NCBI RefSeq assembly: GCF_963921235.1
Contig: NC_086097.1
Coordinates: forward strand, 92,816,001 to 92,880,000
DNA length: 64,000 nt
Origin: Mobula hypostoma
Taxonomy: Eukaryota
Direction of reading: 5' to 3'
Shown here in pieces: positions 36,001-48,500 of the stretch. How positions within the stretch are numbered: position 1 is the first letter of the stretch; each line of letters begins with the position of its first letter. Under the pieces are notes generated by a model. That model was given only the letters and a program-made list of their open reading frames with translations, ran no database searches and had not been told where the DNA came from. Both the position numbers and the translations under genes were made by a program.

Positions 36001-37394
36001 AATTGGGCATAGATTTAAGAAGGAAACAATTTCCTGGGCTTTGTTGTCCCAAAGAGGGTAGAGCTCATGGGATGGATTGTTAGAGATGATATGGTGAAGC
36101 AAATAGTCTTCCTCTCGATTCTAACGTTCTTTGATCTGCTGTAAATATTCTTTGCACAGGACAGGAGCGGTATGGTGAGCCATGGCCCAGGTGCAGGTCA
36201 ATGGGAGCAAGTGAAATAATAGTTCAACATGGACTAGATGGGCCAAAGGGCCTGTTTCTGTGCTATGCTGTTCTATGACTCTATGACAAGCAGGAAACTA
36301 GAAATCACGAGAGCTGGGGTTAACTCAGACTGTTTGGATTTCTGTAAAGAATATTTAAGGAACCAACGTGCACTTGAAGTGCAGATGCATAGCTTGATCT
36401 TAATCCTTCTTAATCTGTTCCCGGGATGGAAAAGGAGGTGACAGAACAGTTGACAACTTTACAATACTGAGCAAGTTTGTGGTATATCCTCTTAACTGCA
36501 TTAATAGAGCTATTGTTCATTTACACAAGCTAAGCGTCCTTACTAACCAGTTATTTTCTTCTGGGTGGGGTGGTTGTGAAGTTGAGCGAGGTATTGGCAC
36601 TGCAGATACCTGCAGGAGATTTGAGGGAGGGCAAGTAAAATATTAACTGGGTTTCCCATTGCCTTGCTCAGGAGTCATGGACAGTTGAGCCTAGGGTCTC
36701 CTGGAATTATCAATTAAGCGTTTGGGAGCGAACTGCGGAGGGAAGTGTTCCTCACTCTGTGCACCGACTCATTAAGGAGTGGCTATGGTCAGGAAGCAGT
36801 GGCCTCTAGATGAGGACCAGGGACTTTGGGAGGAAGTTCTGGCAGACATTGTGGTGCTGCATTAGTGCAATCAGATGTCTTTTGCATGCAACATAAACCT
36901 GATTTGTATATAAATGATGACAGCACACTGTTTTGGAAACAGGATTGAAGCCCTTATGTTAGTGCAATAGGTAATTAGCCCTCAACCAACATTGCCCCAA
37001 GACGTTTTTTCCGTTCATTACTTATTGTGGAATGCTGCTGTGCACAGATTAGAGTTTCTTATATTAAAGCAGTGATTTTTTTTGACAGTCTCTATGAAAC
37101 GAAAGTTGGTATAAAATATTCCTACACCAGGACCGGTACATTGGCTAGACTTGGTTTCATCTGGAGATCAGCCAGTGCACCCTGTAGTGCAATCGATTAA
37201 ACAGCTATGTGTGAAACTGCCCTTCATAACCTTATCTGGTTGATTCAGTGGGAATGAAATAGAGTCATTGAGTTATACAGCATAGAAACAGGACCGTGTC
37301 CCAACTCATCGCTACTAACCAAGTTGTCTTCATGAGCTAGTCCAATGTGCCTGTGTTTGTCTCATTATTCCTATAAACCTTTTATGTCCATGTA

Positions 37395-37880
37395 CAGCAC
37401 TGTGCATAAGTCTTAGGCACCCTAGACTTTTTTATATCAGGAGCTCTCAACCTGGGGTACATGGACCTCTCAGTTAATAATAGGGAGTCCACGGCATAAA
37501 GAAGTTTGGGAACCCCTGTTTTATATGGTGACAGATAGTATTGCCTCCACAGAACCCTGATCTCAACAACATTGCGGCTGTATGGGATTACCTGGAGAGA
37601 CAGAAGCAAACGAGACAACCAAAGTCTGCAGAAGAACTCCAAGATGCTTGGAACAGGCTACCAGCTGATTTTTAAATAGAATTGCACAACAATGTATCTA
37701 AGAGAATCAATGCAGTTTTAAAGCAAAAGGATCACACCAAACATTTAGGTTTTTTCTTACTGTTCACTGCTCTTTATAAATTATTTTTTGGTATTTAGAA
37801 ACTTTTAATTTCAATATGTTTGAAAGCATTTTTGCTTTACAGAATTTTTTACATGTGCCAATGACTTCTGCACAGTACTG
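37395..37880 (+). mobile_element. Tc1 deletion derivative with transposase C-terminal remnant
   Basis: TIRs CAGCACTGTGCATAAGTCTTAGGCAC and GTGCCAATGACTTCTGCACAGTACTG with TA flanks. Interior reads PPQNPDLNNIAAVWDYLERQ (SPDLNPIE-W motif) ... KRINAVLK. Confidence 0.88.
37438..37518. mobile_element. 81-bp hAT-type MITE nested in the Tc1 remnant
   Basis: Ends CAGGAGCTCTCAAC and TTTGGGAACCCCTG, with a perfect 8-bp TSD TTTTATAT (37430-37437, 37519-37526). Confidence 0.85.
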
Positions 37881-38689
37881 TACTTGTCTAAGTCTCCAGG
37901 TACACACCCCTATAGCTTCTTCCAGCAGCTCATTCCACATGCCTTCTTACTCTCTGTGAGTAACTTACACCTCAGGTTTCTTTCAAATCTTTCCCCTCCC
38001 ACAATAAAATGGTGCCCTCTAGGTTTTGACTCTCCTAACCTGGGGAAAAAGACTGTGACTATTCACCTTATGCGTGCCTCTTCAAGGCAACCCTCCAGAT
38101 TCCTACACTCCAGGGAAATCAAGTCCCAGCCTATCATGTTTCTCTGATAACTCAAGCCCTCCAGTCCCAGAAGCATCTTCACGTTACTTAAAGTTGTGGG
38201 AGCATTAGCCTTGGAAGGAATGTAGGGGTTATGATATAGACAGAGTAAAGGGAGCCTTTGCTCTGCATCTCACCCTGTAGACTCAAGAGGACGAAAATAA
38301 AAGACCTAGAGTTATGACCTACGTAATATACTAATAAGACTAATTGATCAAAATAAATGCATTCTCTTTGCACAACCAGCATGGTTTACTGAAATGAGTG
38401 GCATATTTAGCCACTTCAAAGAGCAGTTGGTGGATCTGGGGGTACATAAACAGTGGAGCCCTTTTAGCCACATTAACTTCATTTTTAACAGAAGTCTGGT
38501 AGTTCCATGGTAACTGACACTGACGCAAGATCTATTCAATCTCAGATTTATTTACTTACGACTTGAGTTTAATTCTGCAGCTGTTGGTTTGGGATTTAAA
38601 CTTAATTCAACAAATCAACAGTTCAGGCGTCTGATATTAGTTCCAATGTCTGATGTCAGTCTAGTAACCAATCACTGGTTGCTCATAAG

Positions 38690-39045
38690 GCCATAGATAG
38701 AGGACCAGAATTAGGTCATTTGGCCCATCAAGTCTGCTATGCCATTCAATCATGGCTGACTTTGTTTTCAACCCCATTCTCCTCCCTTCTCTGTTATCCT
38801 CAGCCATGTTCCAACCAAGAACCTATCAATCTCCGCCTTAAGTACACCCAATGACTTAGCCCCCATAGCCCTCTACGCCAAGGAATTCCAGATTCATCGT
38901 GCTGTAGTTGAAGAAATCCCTCCTCGTTTCAGTTGTAAAGGGATGTCCCTTTATTCTAAGGCTGTGCCCTCAGATCCTAGACTCTCCTACTACCGGAAAC
39001 ATCCTTTCCATATCAACTCCATCCAGGGCTTTCAATATCTGGGTT
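38690..39045 (-). mobile_element. CR1 3' end fragment
   Basis: cataaggccatag tail and gaattaggtcatttggcccatcaagtctgct...gtccctttattctaaggctgtgccctc. Confidence 0.75.
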
Positions 39046-40201
39046 AAACATGAAGTTGAGAGTTAAATATTGGCCTTAAGACTAGTGTGAACTCCCCATC
39101 TCTGAAATGAAAAATGCCAAGGCACCTGTACTGCTTACCTGATAACCCCACAGATTCATAGTTCACACGTGAAATGGCCCCTCTGACCCTTTATATCATC
39201 CTATGTCCTATGTCTTATGGTCTTATAATTTTGTGCTCAAATATTCTTGAACACAAAAGCTCAATATCACAGGGAAGCTTCACACTAAATGCATTGGGTG
39301 GGTTCCTTTGACTGGCTGGGCTTTAGTTCGCTCATGAGCCCCACAGCTGCTTCTTGGCTGTTGGGCAAATGCTAACTGACATGGAGTGGGATTGATTGAT
39401 GCTGGATGCAAGGGAAGGTTGCAGTGAATTTTTAGATTAAGCAGTAAAATACAGCTGACATAGGGCCAGGAGCATGACTCTCTGGGTTGGACCCTCAGGA
39501 CCGTAATAATTGGACAAAGTCCCCATAACTAGACCCTGCCCCTGTTCTTGCAAATGTGTGGAGGTCAGACAAAAGCAGAATGCAGCTCGACTGCAATGGT
39601 GCTTGTAGTTCAAGAGGCCACACTCAGCCTCCAGCCCTGGTTCACGTTTTGGAAGCACATTTCCCACGGGGCAAACAGCACTTCAGCAAGGAATTTGATC
39701 TCTGGGAAGTGATTTTCAAGCAGATTGAAAAATGTTAACCTGCTGCGTCTAAAGTCTGTGTGGTTGGCAGACAGAAACAAAGATTTTTCAGTCCCATTCT
39801 AAATCTTTGAAGTTATGAGAAGTGAGTTCTACACCCTACCGCCTTCCCCTTCTTCCTCTGCCGTGAGCTGACCTTGGCCAATATGGCCTGTCTACACTTG
39901 CAGACCCCTAATACCTTTGACTGTTAACACTGTGGAATATTCAACTGGGACTAACTATGCAAAACAAAAACCTTGCCACACACGTTCCTGGGACGTCCCG
40001 GATGTCAGAAGTAGGACTAAGGAGGCAGAGTGATGCTGGAGCATCCAAACGCTTTGTGTCTCGTGTTTGTCCGCAGCGTGGACCAGCAGTCCCTGAGTAA
40101 GTGCCCCTGGCTGGTGGGTCTATTGTCTTCCTGCTCAACCCGCCCCACACTCCCTCACCCTTTGGCGTATGACTGTCACTTTCTTACTCTGCTACTGTTG
40201 G

Positions 40202-40223
40202 AATAAAAAATGTTTGAAATAAA
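40202..40223 (+). terminator. Tandem AATAAA polyadenylation signals (candidate)
   Basis: AATAAA at 40202-40207 and 40218-40223 in non-repeat sequence downstream of the gene. Confidence 0.4.
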
Positions 40224-40717
40224 ACTCTTAGTTCGCCTCTCATCTGTGAGTCACCATCGTGCAGAGAGGGGTGGGGAAGTGGAGGGTTTCCTATTCTGTA
40301 GTACTGCCCTGCAAGCAAGGGTGTTAAAGAGAAATAATTAGAAAGAAAACCAATTTCTTCCACTGATTTTCACGATATATTTACCAAGAAGCAGGTAGGC
40401 TATGCTGTGTATAGATGAAAATAAGGAAGGCGGGGTGTGGAAGGAGGTGGTTTCATGGTCAAAGAGATAGAGGGGTAGGAGACGGGATGGCTATAAGGAG
40501 AGGAGATGGTGATGAGACCAGGAGAAAGTGGGAGCTAGGGAGGAAAGCATGAGAGGGACCCCAGTGAGGGGAATGTGGGATTTCAGGAAGGCAGGAGTGC
40601 TGGGGAGTGTTCAGTGAGGGATGGGGGAGCTAAAAAGGTTTGCTGCCATTGAGAAAGGATCATTGGGGGTGGGGATGGTCAGTGAGCCAAGGCTGGGATT
40701 GCTAGTAGAAAGTGGGA

Positions 40718-40948
40718 GTGAACAAGTGGAGAGTGTGGCGTTGACCAATGGGAGAAGGTGGGCGTGAACAAGTGGAGAGTGTGGGGTTTGACCAATGGGA
40801 GAAGGTGGGCGTGACCAAGTGGAGAGTGTGGAGTTTGACCAATGGGAGAAGGTGGGCGTGACCAAGTGGAGAGTGTTAGGCTTGACCAATGGGAGAAGGT
40901 AGACATGACCAAGTGGATTTTGTTGGGTTTGACCAATGGGAGAAGGTG
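40718..40948. repeat. Minisatellite, 46-47 bp x about 5
   Basis: Unit gtgaccaagtggagagtgtggggtttgaccaatgggagaaggtgggc is itself two related 23-24 bp halves. It lies within a purine-rich tract of about 40420-41340. Confidence 0.9.
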
Positions 40949-42865
40949 AAGGTGACAACAGGAATAGAGCTTGGCAGTGAGTAGAGAATGGGGAGAGGTG
41001 CCCAGTGGATAAGGAGAGTGTCAAAGAGGAGAGAGTAGAATGGTTCTGGTCAGTGACAAGGGTAGGAATGGAGCATTGGGACAGGGTAGGTGGTCAAAGC
41101 AGAGAGTTATGTCCAATGGGAGAGTGTTTGAAATGGTCTGAAGAATGGAACCAGTGGGTTTGAATAGAGATGGCCAGAGATGATTTTGTGCATTACCCTG
41201 GGGAGAGATCAGAGGTGCAGGTAGGGTTGCAGTTCAGAGTGGATGGAATGCTTTGCAGACTCTCTGCCTCTAAAGAACCTGTGGAGAACTGGACGACAGG
41301 ACAGAATACAGCTGGGGCTGGAATAAAGGGTCAGTGAAAGACAGCAGTGCCTTCAAGAATGCAAACCCATATTAATACTTGTGACAGGGAAGGTCAGAGG
41401 CAGTAGGAAAATGAGAAAGGACAAGCCATGGTTGAGAGTTCCTTTTGGGGCTTTAAAATGTTGAAAGTAATTGAGTGGAGAGAGAGGGGTCAGAGACACT
41501 TTTGTTTCCCCTACTGGTGAAGCCAAGAGGAGCTGGGGCACAATGTTAACAACAGAACTAAGTCTTAAAAATGCTTTTTTTCTGATAAAGGTCGATGGAA
41601 AGCAAAAGATGTCTCACCCAATTTCTCCCACTTACAGATGGTTCAATGCCTATAATCAAAAAGCCAAGAGACAAGAGGAGAAACATCCACCCTGTCAGTT
41701 GTTTGTAATATTCTCTTGTTTTAGTGGAGGAAGCTGACTCTATAGATGATTTTAAAAGGGAGTTGGTCAAAGACCAGAGGAAAAGGAACAGTTATGAAGA
41801 AAAAAGATTCGGGATTAATCGTCTTACAAATAGCCATAACACAGACAATGCATTGGTTGATTTCCTCCTGAGCTGTCATTTTTCTGTATTTTGATTCTAA
41901 AAACCAAATGTTGGGACGTACCGGTAGAAATTTGAAGACTAGAACTGATTCTCCTGACTTCTGTACCATTGTACCGAGAATACAACTTTCCACACTGGTG
42001 ATTCAGATATACCCGTCTTTCTCCTCAAACAAGAGTTCTCCACCTTGGCTGAAAGGGCCCTTCACGTATTCCATTTTGGAAGTGTGATAGGATGCCCTTT
42101 GCCTTCACCCTTTTATCTATCAGACTCCCCGATTGGTGGATGATCCTCCGCCAATTAGTGAGGGAATAGAACTGCTCTGAAAAGAGGCCCAGGCTGAAAC
42201 AGCCCTCTTCCATGCCGTGACAAACTCAGCACTGCCAAGCATCCTTTCCCTGACCAGCTTTTATCAACCCAACATCCACAGAACCATGGCTGACAAATAA
42301 GACACTGAATGAATTCAGCAGGTCTGGCAGCATCTATGGAGGGAAAAGCACAGTTAGCGTTTTGGATTGATATTCTTCACCTGGATTGCTTCACCCAAAA
42401 CACTGACTATAATTTCCCAATACAGATGCTGCCTCACCTGCTGCACTCTTCCAGCAAGTTGTTTGTTGCTCCAGACTCCAGCGTCTGCAGTCTCTTGGGT
42501 CGCGCACAGAATCTACCTCTGCCAACACATAGGATACAGTCCTGTTGCATGGCTTCAACCCGAAAAGGTGACAACTCCTTTCCTCCCACAGATACTGCTT
42601 CACCTTCTGAGTTCTTCTAGCTGATTGGTTGCTGCTTCAGTAAATACGACCTCTTTTCCCTTCTGCTAGAGCTCCATATACCCTCAAGGGATGAAATCAC
42701 AATTTACCACTCAGTACACTGTATCCACTGCTCGAGATGCGGTCCCCTCTTTTCAAACTGCTCTTACCTGAGACCTCCATTCCCTTGTAAAACATAACCC
42801 CTGAGACCCTGTCACTTCAATTCTCCATCCCAGTTCCAGTCAGCCATCCAAGTTGACCTCCTGTA

Positions 42866-43485
42866 TGTCACAAAGTGTGCTGGTAATGTTGGAACCCAAG
42901 CGCAGAGGAAAGACAGACTCCAATGTAGAGATGGTGACCAAAGTTTATTCATAAGGATTCCAACAGAACATCAGTGGCTCGGCTGAGCGACACCACGAGA
43001 CATAACATTCTCAAAACTAGGACCCCACAATCAGCACTAATCAGGCTTCCACTTAAATAATACGAGTAACACAGAATCCCTGAGCCTATCAAAATAAACT
43101 TAACAAGTTTATACAGGAGGCAACACACATCAAAGTTGCTGGGGAACGCAGCAGGCCAGGCAGCATCTCTAGGAAGAGGTACAGTCGGCGTTTCAGGCTG
43201 AGACCCTTCGTCCTGACCTGAAGGGTCTCAGTCCAGAACGTCGACTGTACCTCTTCCTACAGATACTGCCTGGCCTGCTGCGTTCAGCAGTGAAATTCCA
43301 GCACCTGCAGATTTCCTCATGTTTGCGTTATACAGGAAGCCCCAGGAAACCATATTACAAAGAGCAAGTCGTTTGAAAAAAACACAAGGAACTGTAAACC
43401 ATTAATGACCCTCCTTAAACTACAATGAACCAATTCAGGGGATCTAAAGCCTTCAAAGGCCAACACTCTCCAGATCCCCTGAACA
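42866..43485 (-). mobile_element. Possible older solo LTR with a nested Penelope fold-back (about 43120-43330)
   Basis: Starts tgtcacaaagtg...gaacccaagcgcag like the LTR at 12076, has tttatt at a similar offset, and ends ...tgaaca. No clear TSD. Confidence 0.45.
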
Positions 43486-44257
43486 GCACATTATCTCTGT
43501 ACCACTTCTATGAAGCCGGATAGAAAGATTGCCAAGCTAATTAAGGAATAAGCACAAGCACAAGAAATTGCTGGCAATCTTGAGCAACACACACAAAATG
43601 TTGGAGGAACTCAGCAAGTGTCAGCCCAAAACATCAACTGTTTACTCCCCTCTATAGATGCTGCCTGACTTGCTAAGTTCCTGCAGCAATTTGTAAGGAA
43701 TGAGCAGCCCACATTAGGGAGCACAGGTGTAGAGGCAAATCATTATTCCTCGTGCAGTCCCTTGGGAGCATTAACAGGATCGAGCTATCAAGAGCATGGC
43801 AGCAGGGTTGGACTGTTTCAGCCCAAAGGGAGCTCCTTGGATGAAGGAACTGAAGTGAGAAAAACACCTGCACTATAAGTCAAAATTATGATTATTTATA
43901 ATTCACAAAGGTTCTCTCTGATATTCCTCCAACCAAAAGAAAGATTACTTCATCCTGTATTGTTAGGAGCTGGCTATGCACAAAGATTGTTATGTTTCCT
44001 GTACATGTATGCTTCCTATGCCTCAATGCCTTTGTTTAAATTTTTTTTGATAGACTGATGATGTGCGTAGTGCTCTGTAAATGTGTTATATATTCCCTTG
44101 CCCCAACATTTTGCCATTTCTTTCCCGGAGCCCTTTGCTTCTTCCACCTCTCCTTAAAATCCTCTCCACGTCGAAAATTCTTTGACTAAGCTCTTCAGCA
44201 CCTTTGCTTCATTCTGGTACCCCCAGCCCCGGTATCCGATAGGTTCCTGCTCCATGT

Positions 44258-44502
44258 GGGGACGGCATGATGGCGTCGTGGTTAGCACAACGCTCTTAAG
44301 TCCAGGCTGCCCGAGTTCAATTCCTGCAAGGCACTTGGACATCTTCCCGGTGACTGCGTGCGTTTCCGTCGGCTCCTCGGGTTTCCTCCCGTAGTCCAAA
44401 GATGTCCCGGTTAGTAGGTTAGCTGCTCATTGTCCCGTGATTATGCTGGGATTAATTCGGGGAATCGCTGGGGCCCATTCCGCACTGCATCTCAGTAAAT
44501 AA
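44258..44502 (+). mobile_element. V-SINE, unusually CpG-rich copy
   Basis: tRNA-like head tggcgtcgtggttagc...gagttcaattcc, a V domain, and a taaataaa tail. Confidence 0.8.
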
Positions 44503-44551
44503 ACGAACGCAACAGACAGGCGGCATTTTGTGTGACACTGGATACGTTCCG

Positions 44552-44565
44552 CCAGCAGGTGGCAG
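44552..44565 (+). promoter_or_regulatory. CTCF core motif (candidate)
   Basis: CCAGCAGGTGGCAG matches the CCASYAGRKGGCRS consensus and lies in a CpG-retaining patch. Confidence 0.55.
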
Positions 44566-47500
44566 GAGAAGTCACAACACAAAGGGGCACTCGCTGAAAC
44601 GAAGGTGACGGGGGGATCTGCAGCCGGATCTGGGTTCTTAGTACTCAGATACTAAGAGGCAGGGGAAAAGTGACCCCAGTTTCCCTCAGCACTGTAGGAT
44701 GGTTAAGCAGACAATAGAGTACTGACATACTGATATTTATATACAGCCATAATAACCTCAGGGTCTCCCCCAAGTACTAAACTAGCAATTAAGTGCTTTT
44801 AAAGTGTAGTCACAGCTGTACGTGGTCGCGCTCCGTACAGGCAGCTCCTGCAAATGGCACTATAGTAATGAGCAGATCCGAAAGCGAGAAGAAAAAAGCC
44901 GATGCGCGCGCAATTGTGAGGGGTATAGACGGGATAAAGGCAGGCAGGCTTTATCCACAGAGCTCGGGGTCAAAGGAGCGAATGTGGAACGGGATGCCGG
45001 AGGAAGTGGTGGATGCGGTTGCAATTTCGACGTTTGAGAGAAGTTTGGATAACTATATGGATGGAAGGAGTAGGGAGGGCTATGGTCTCGGTGCGGGTCG
45101 CTGAGCCTAGACAGAATAACAAGTTTGTCATGGACCAGATGGGAGCATCTGTGTTGTAGTGCTCTGTGATCTAAATTGGAAATCTGAAAGAAAAATAAAC
45201 AAAAAATGCTGAAAGCACTCTTCAAGTGAGGCAAAATCAGTAGAGAAAGAGAGACAGTTAATGCTTCAATTCAAAAACCTGGGATAGGGAACATTTGGAA
45301 ACCATGTGTTTTAAGCTGATGAATGGTTATTGACCTGCAACTTTAAATACTTTTCTCTCTCCAGAGATACTGCCGGACCTGCTGAGTGTTTCCAGCATTC
45401 TCTATATAGTCAATGGCCAAATTGTCTGCTTTTAGTGTTGCTGACTGAGGAGTACACATTAGCCATAATGGTCACTTGTACAGATGCAGCTTGCCCTGTA
45501 AATGGTGTCATGGGATCTTTAACCACCTGAGATGGCAGAATTGCATTCTATTTGAAAGACGTAGCTGTCGAACAGCACACCACTCCCTCAGAAACGTCCC
45601 TCTGTGCTGGGCTGGCCAAGGGAGTGGATAGCCTCCCCCTGTGAAACTGGCATCCACAGCAGATGGGGAGTGGAATACGCCCTGCAGCTCACAACCCCAG
45701 CATTTCTGGGAATCAGAACTTCAGGTGAGACAGGGGAGTGTCACAGGTAGTATATCACCTTTGAGGGTAGAGGGATTGACTCCTCTTGCTTCCGACTCTA
45801 CCAGGCACAATCCACTTAGGCAGCAACAATGGATGAGTGGAGGCATTGGCTGGAAACTAATAGCTGTTGCCCACACCCCTGAGGTCATGGCACTTCAGAA
45901 CACTGAGCCACTATAGGACCAAAGGAGATGCAGCGATTCCAGCAGGAATAACTGAACTAAGACACCATATGTCCTCTATCTGAGAGGTGAGAAAGCTTAT
46001 GGTCCTGTCCACATGAGATCTAGGGAAACTAACAGAGAGGACGAGAGAGCCAATACATGCCCCTCACTGAAGGAAAACACAGGCCTCTTAGCAAGTTGCA
46101 GCCTGTGGGTTCTTGCTGAACACATCTAGTCCCCAGCTCGTCTTCTGAAAGGGTGGATGTGGGAAGGGGCTGTGTACCACCAATCTGAAGGCTACGCGGT
46201 GTGTGAAACCCAAAGCTGAACATCCAAAAAGCACTGAAAGTGAACTAGAGAGCGCATTGTAGAACAGGTTCAGGCAAGGCAATGGGGACAGAAATAGAAA
46301 AAAAAACATTGAAAACTATCTTAAAATAATTCAAATCTGAAGCTCTGAGCTTTCATGTTTGTGAAAGCTAATTTTTAGTGCTGAAGAGGTTGTCAAACAA
46401 CGTATTAAGCCTTTAAAAGCTCAGTTTCATTTCAAAGGGCAAGACCTAATTTTCCTTGTTTGCTTGCTGGCTCTAGTCTGAGGGTCAAAGGGTATTACGG
46501 TATGGACACAGGCCCTTTGGCCCATCTTATCCATGCCGAACGTGTTGCTTAGCAAGCTGATTCCACCTGCCTCTGTTCAGCCCATAGTCCTGCAAACACC
46601 TCCTACCTACGTACTTATCTAAATGCCTTTTAAATGTTACTAGCGTGCCTGCCTCAGTCACTATTTGGGACAGCTCGTTCCAGATTTGCACCGCAAAGAA
46701 GTTGCCTCGAGGCCCCTATTAATTAAATGATGAGGAAGTACAGCAACTTACTTTGATTGCCCCTGAATTAGTGTTGAACCCGTGGTGTGGCACCTGAGCA
46801 ACACAACTCCAAGAGGGGCAGGGCAATTCAAACCAACTTCCTGACTGGCATATTAACAGATACCATCTGAGATCATCGGGGCTGGTCTCACTCCTTGATC
46901 CACGGCAAAATCCAGGCCGTCTTCTGCCAGGATAGTTTTTGATGCAGGACAAGATGCATGCTGGTTTACAAGTTGAAGGAAGCATCTGCCCCATCTGCCT
47001 GGATCTTCCTACTTCCTCACCTGGATCCACCAATCACCCACTAGCTCTTGCTGCACCTTTTTATACTGGCGATCTCCTCTCACTCGACCTGAAACTTTGA
47101 CTGTTCTTTTTACCTCTATAGATGCTGCCAGACCTTCTGAGTTCCTCCAGCTTTTTAAGTGTTGCCCCAGATTCCAACATCTGCGGTCGTTTGTGCCTCC
47201 GAGAGAGATTCCTTTGTATGAATTAATACTGAAGGGAAGATGAGCAGATGGAGCCCCATGGATGATCGGGAGTAGCACATCCTGATGTCCGAGAGAAGAC
47301 CAGCCACCAACTGTAGGGTGAAATGTTGAACGATACAGATCCTCCCCAGGTTCTGAACACCCCAGTATTTGGGAGACCAGCAGGATGCTGCAAGCGCCCT
47401 GTGCCGTGTGAGGACCCAGTCCACGGTCACATTTCCAACTTGGTGTTACAAACATATTACACTGTCATAACCTGGGGGATGAGTTGTGAATGTACTAAAA

Positions 47501-47879
47501 TAGTCAGGGAAACTTCATTACAATCACTGGATAATACTCACCTTTCACACTCTTGATTTAACAAGAAGTAGGATTCATTTGACACGCTGACACAAGCCTG
47601 ACATACACTAAACAATGATCACACTTCCCACGAAAGGAGTTTAAAGGTGATGACTTATAAGGAAGGTATGTTCGTAGCTGGAAGTTCTTAAAACTGAGTC
47701 AGGAAATAGCAGGTAAGACAGCACAAGTGATATAATGACTGAAACCATATTCTACCAAGTTTATTTAGAAATATACGTACTTTAATGCATGCTCCCTGTA
47801 AAGCAATTGCTCCTTGTCCTTCATCTTCAAGAGAGAATTATAACATGAAATCGAAATGAGGGGTGTAGTGGTTTATTTG

Positions 47880-48500
47880 GGTGGATTATACAACCTTCTC
47901 AGAACATGCTGACTGTTCCTGATTGATCTGGGCTCCTTTAAACTCTCCGTTTCCATGCTTTGACCTATAGACTCCCTACTGCACCAAAGTGATTCTTTCC
48001 AGCCGCTTCTCTGCCTTGGGGAAAAAAAACCATGGAGTCATAGAGGGATTCTGCAGGAAACAAGTTCCTTGACCACTGAGTCTGAATTGTCTTCCCGCTT
48101 GCCGCTCTTGTTACAGGAGTTCTGCTGGATTCAGTTTCAGAGTTCTGTGTTCCCGCTGCTTTCCAATCACTGATTCTTTCCCAGTTAATATCTGGGAACT
48201 GAAATCCCGTACAAAAACTGCCAGTGTTTTTACTTATTTTCTTCAGCTTGCTTGTAAGTTCATGGCACACCTCCTGCTGTGTGGCTGCCCCCTTCTTGTT
48301 CTGTTCAACATATAAATCCTCACTAATGATTCAATTAATGTTTTATCCCTGGGGATTGTTGCTTTAACCAATTTTGCCATCTCCTCTCCTTGCCTATACC
48401 TTTCTCACAGTAATCTAAATGCTCTGTAACCGAGAACATTTAGCTCTCAATCTTGTCCTGTGTTAAGACAACCACAATATCATATGTATTTCCTGTCTAG
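47880..48500 (-). mobile_element. Decayed CR1 endonuclease-domain remnant
   Basis: Minus-strand traces ELNVLGYRAF and GFQFPDINWE (GDFN.PDINW-like). Confidence 0.5.

Noticed and set aside
39313..39360. GGCTGGGCTTTAG start reminiscent of vault RNA
   Set aside because: No B box, closing stem or oligo-T terminator at the expected distance.
46942..47100. Short ORF with ICPICLD, like the start of a TRIM RING finger
   Set aside because: No further Cys/His ligands follow; the frame runs into a Penelope fragment and I found no continuation beyond it.
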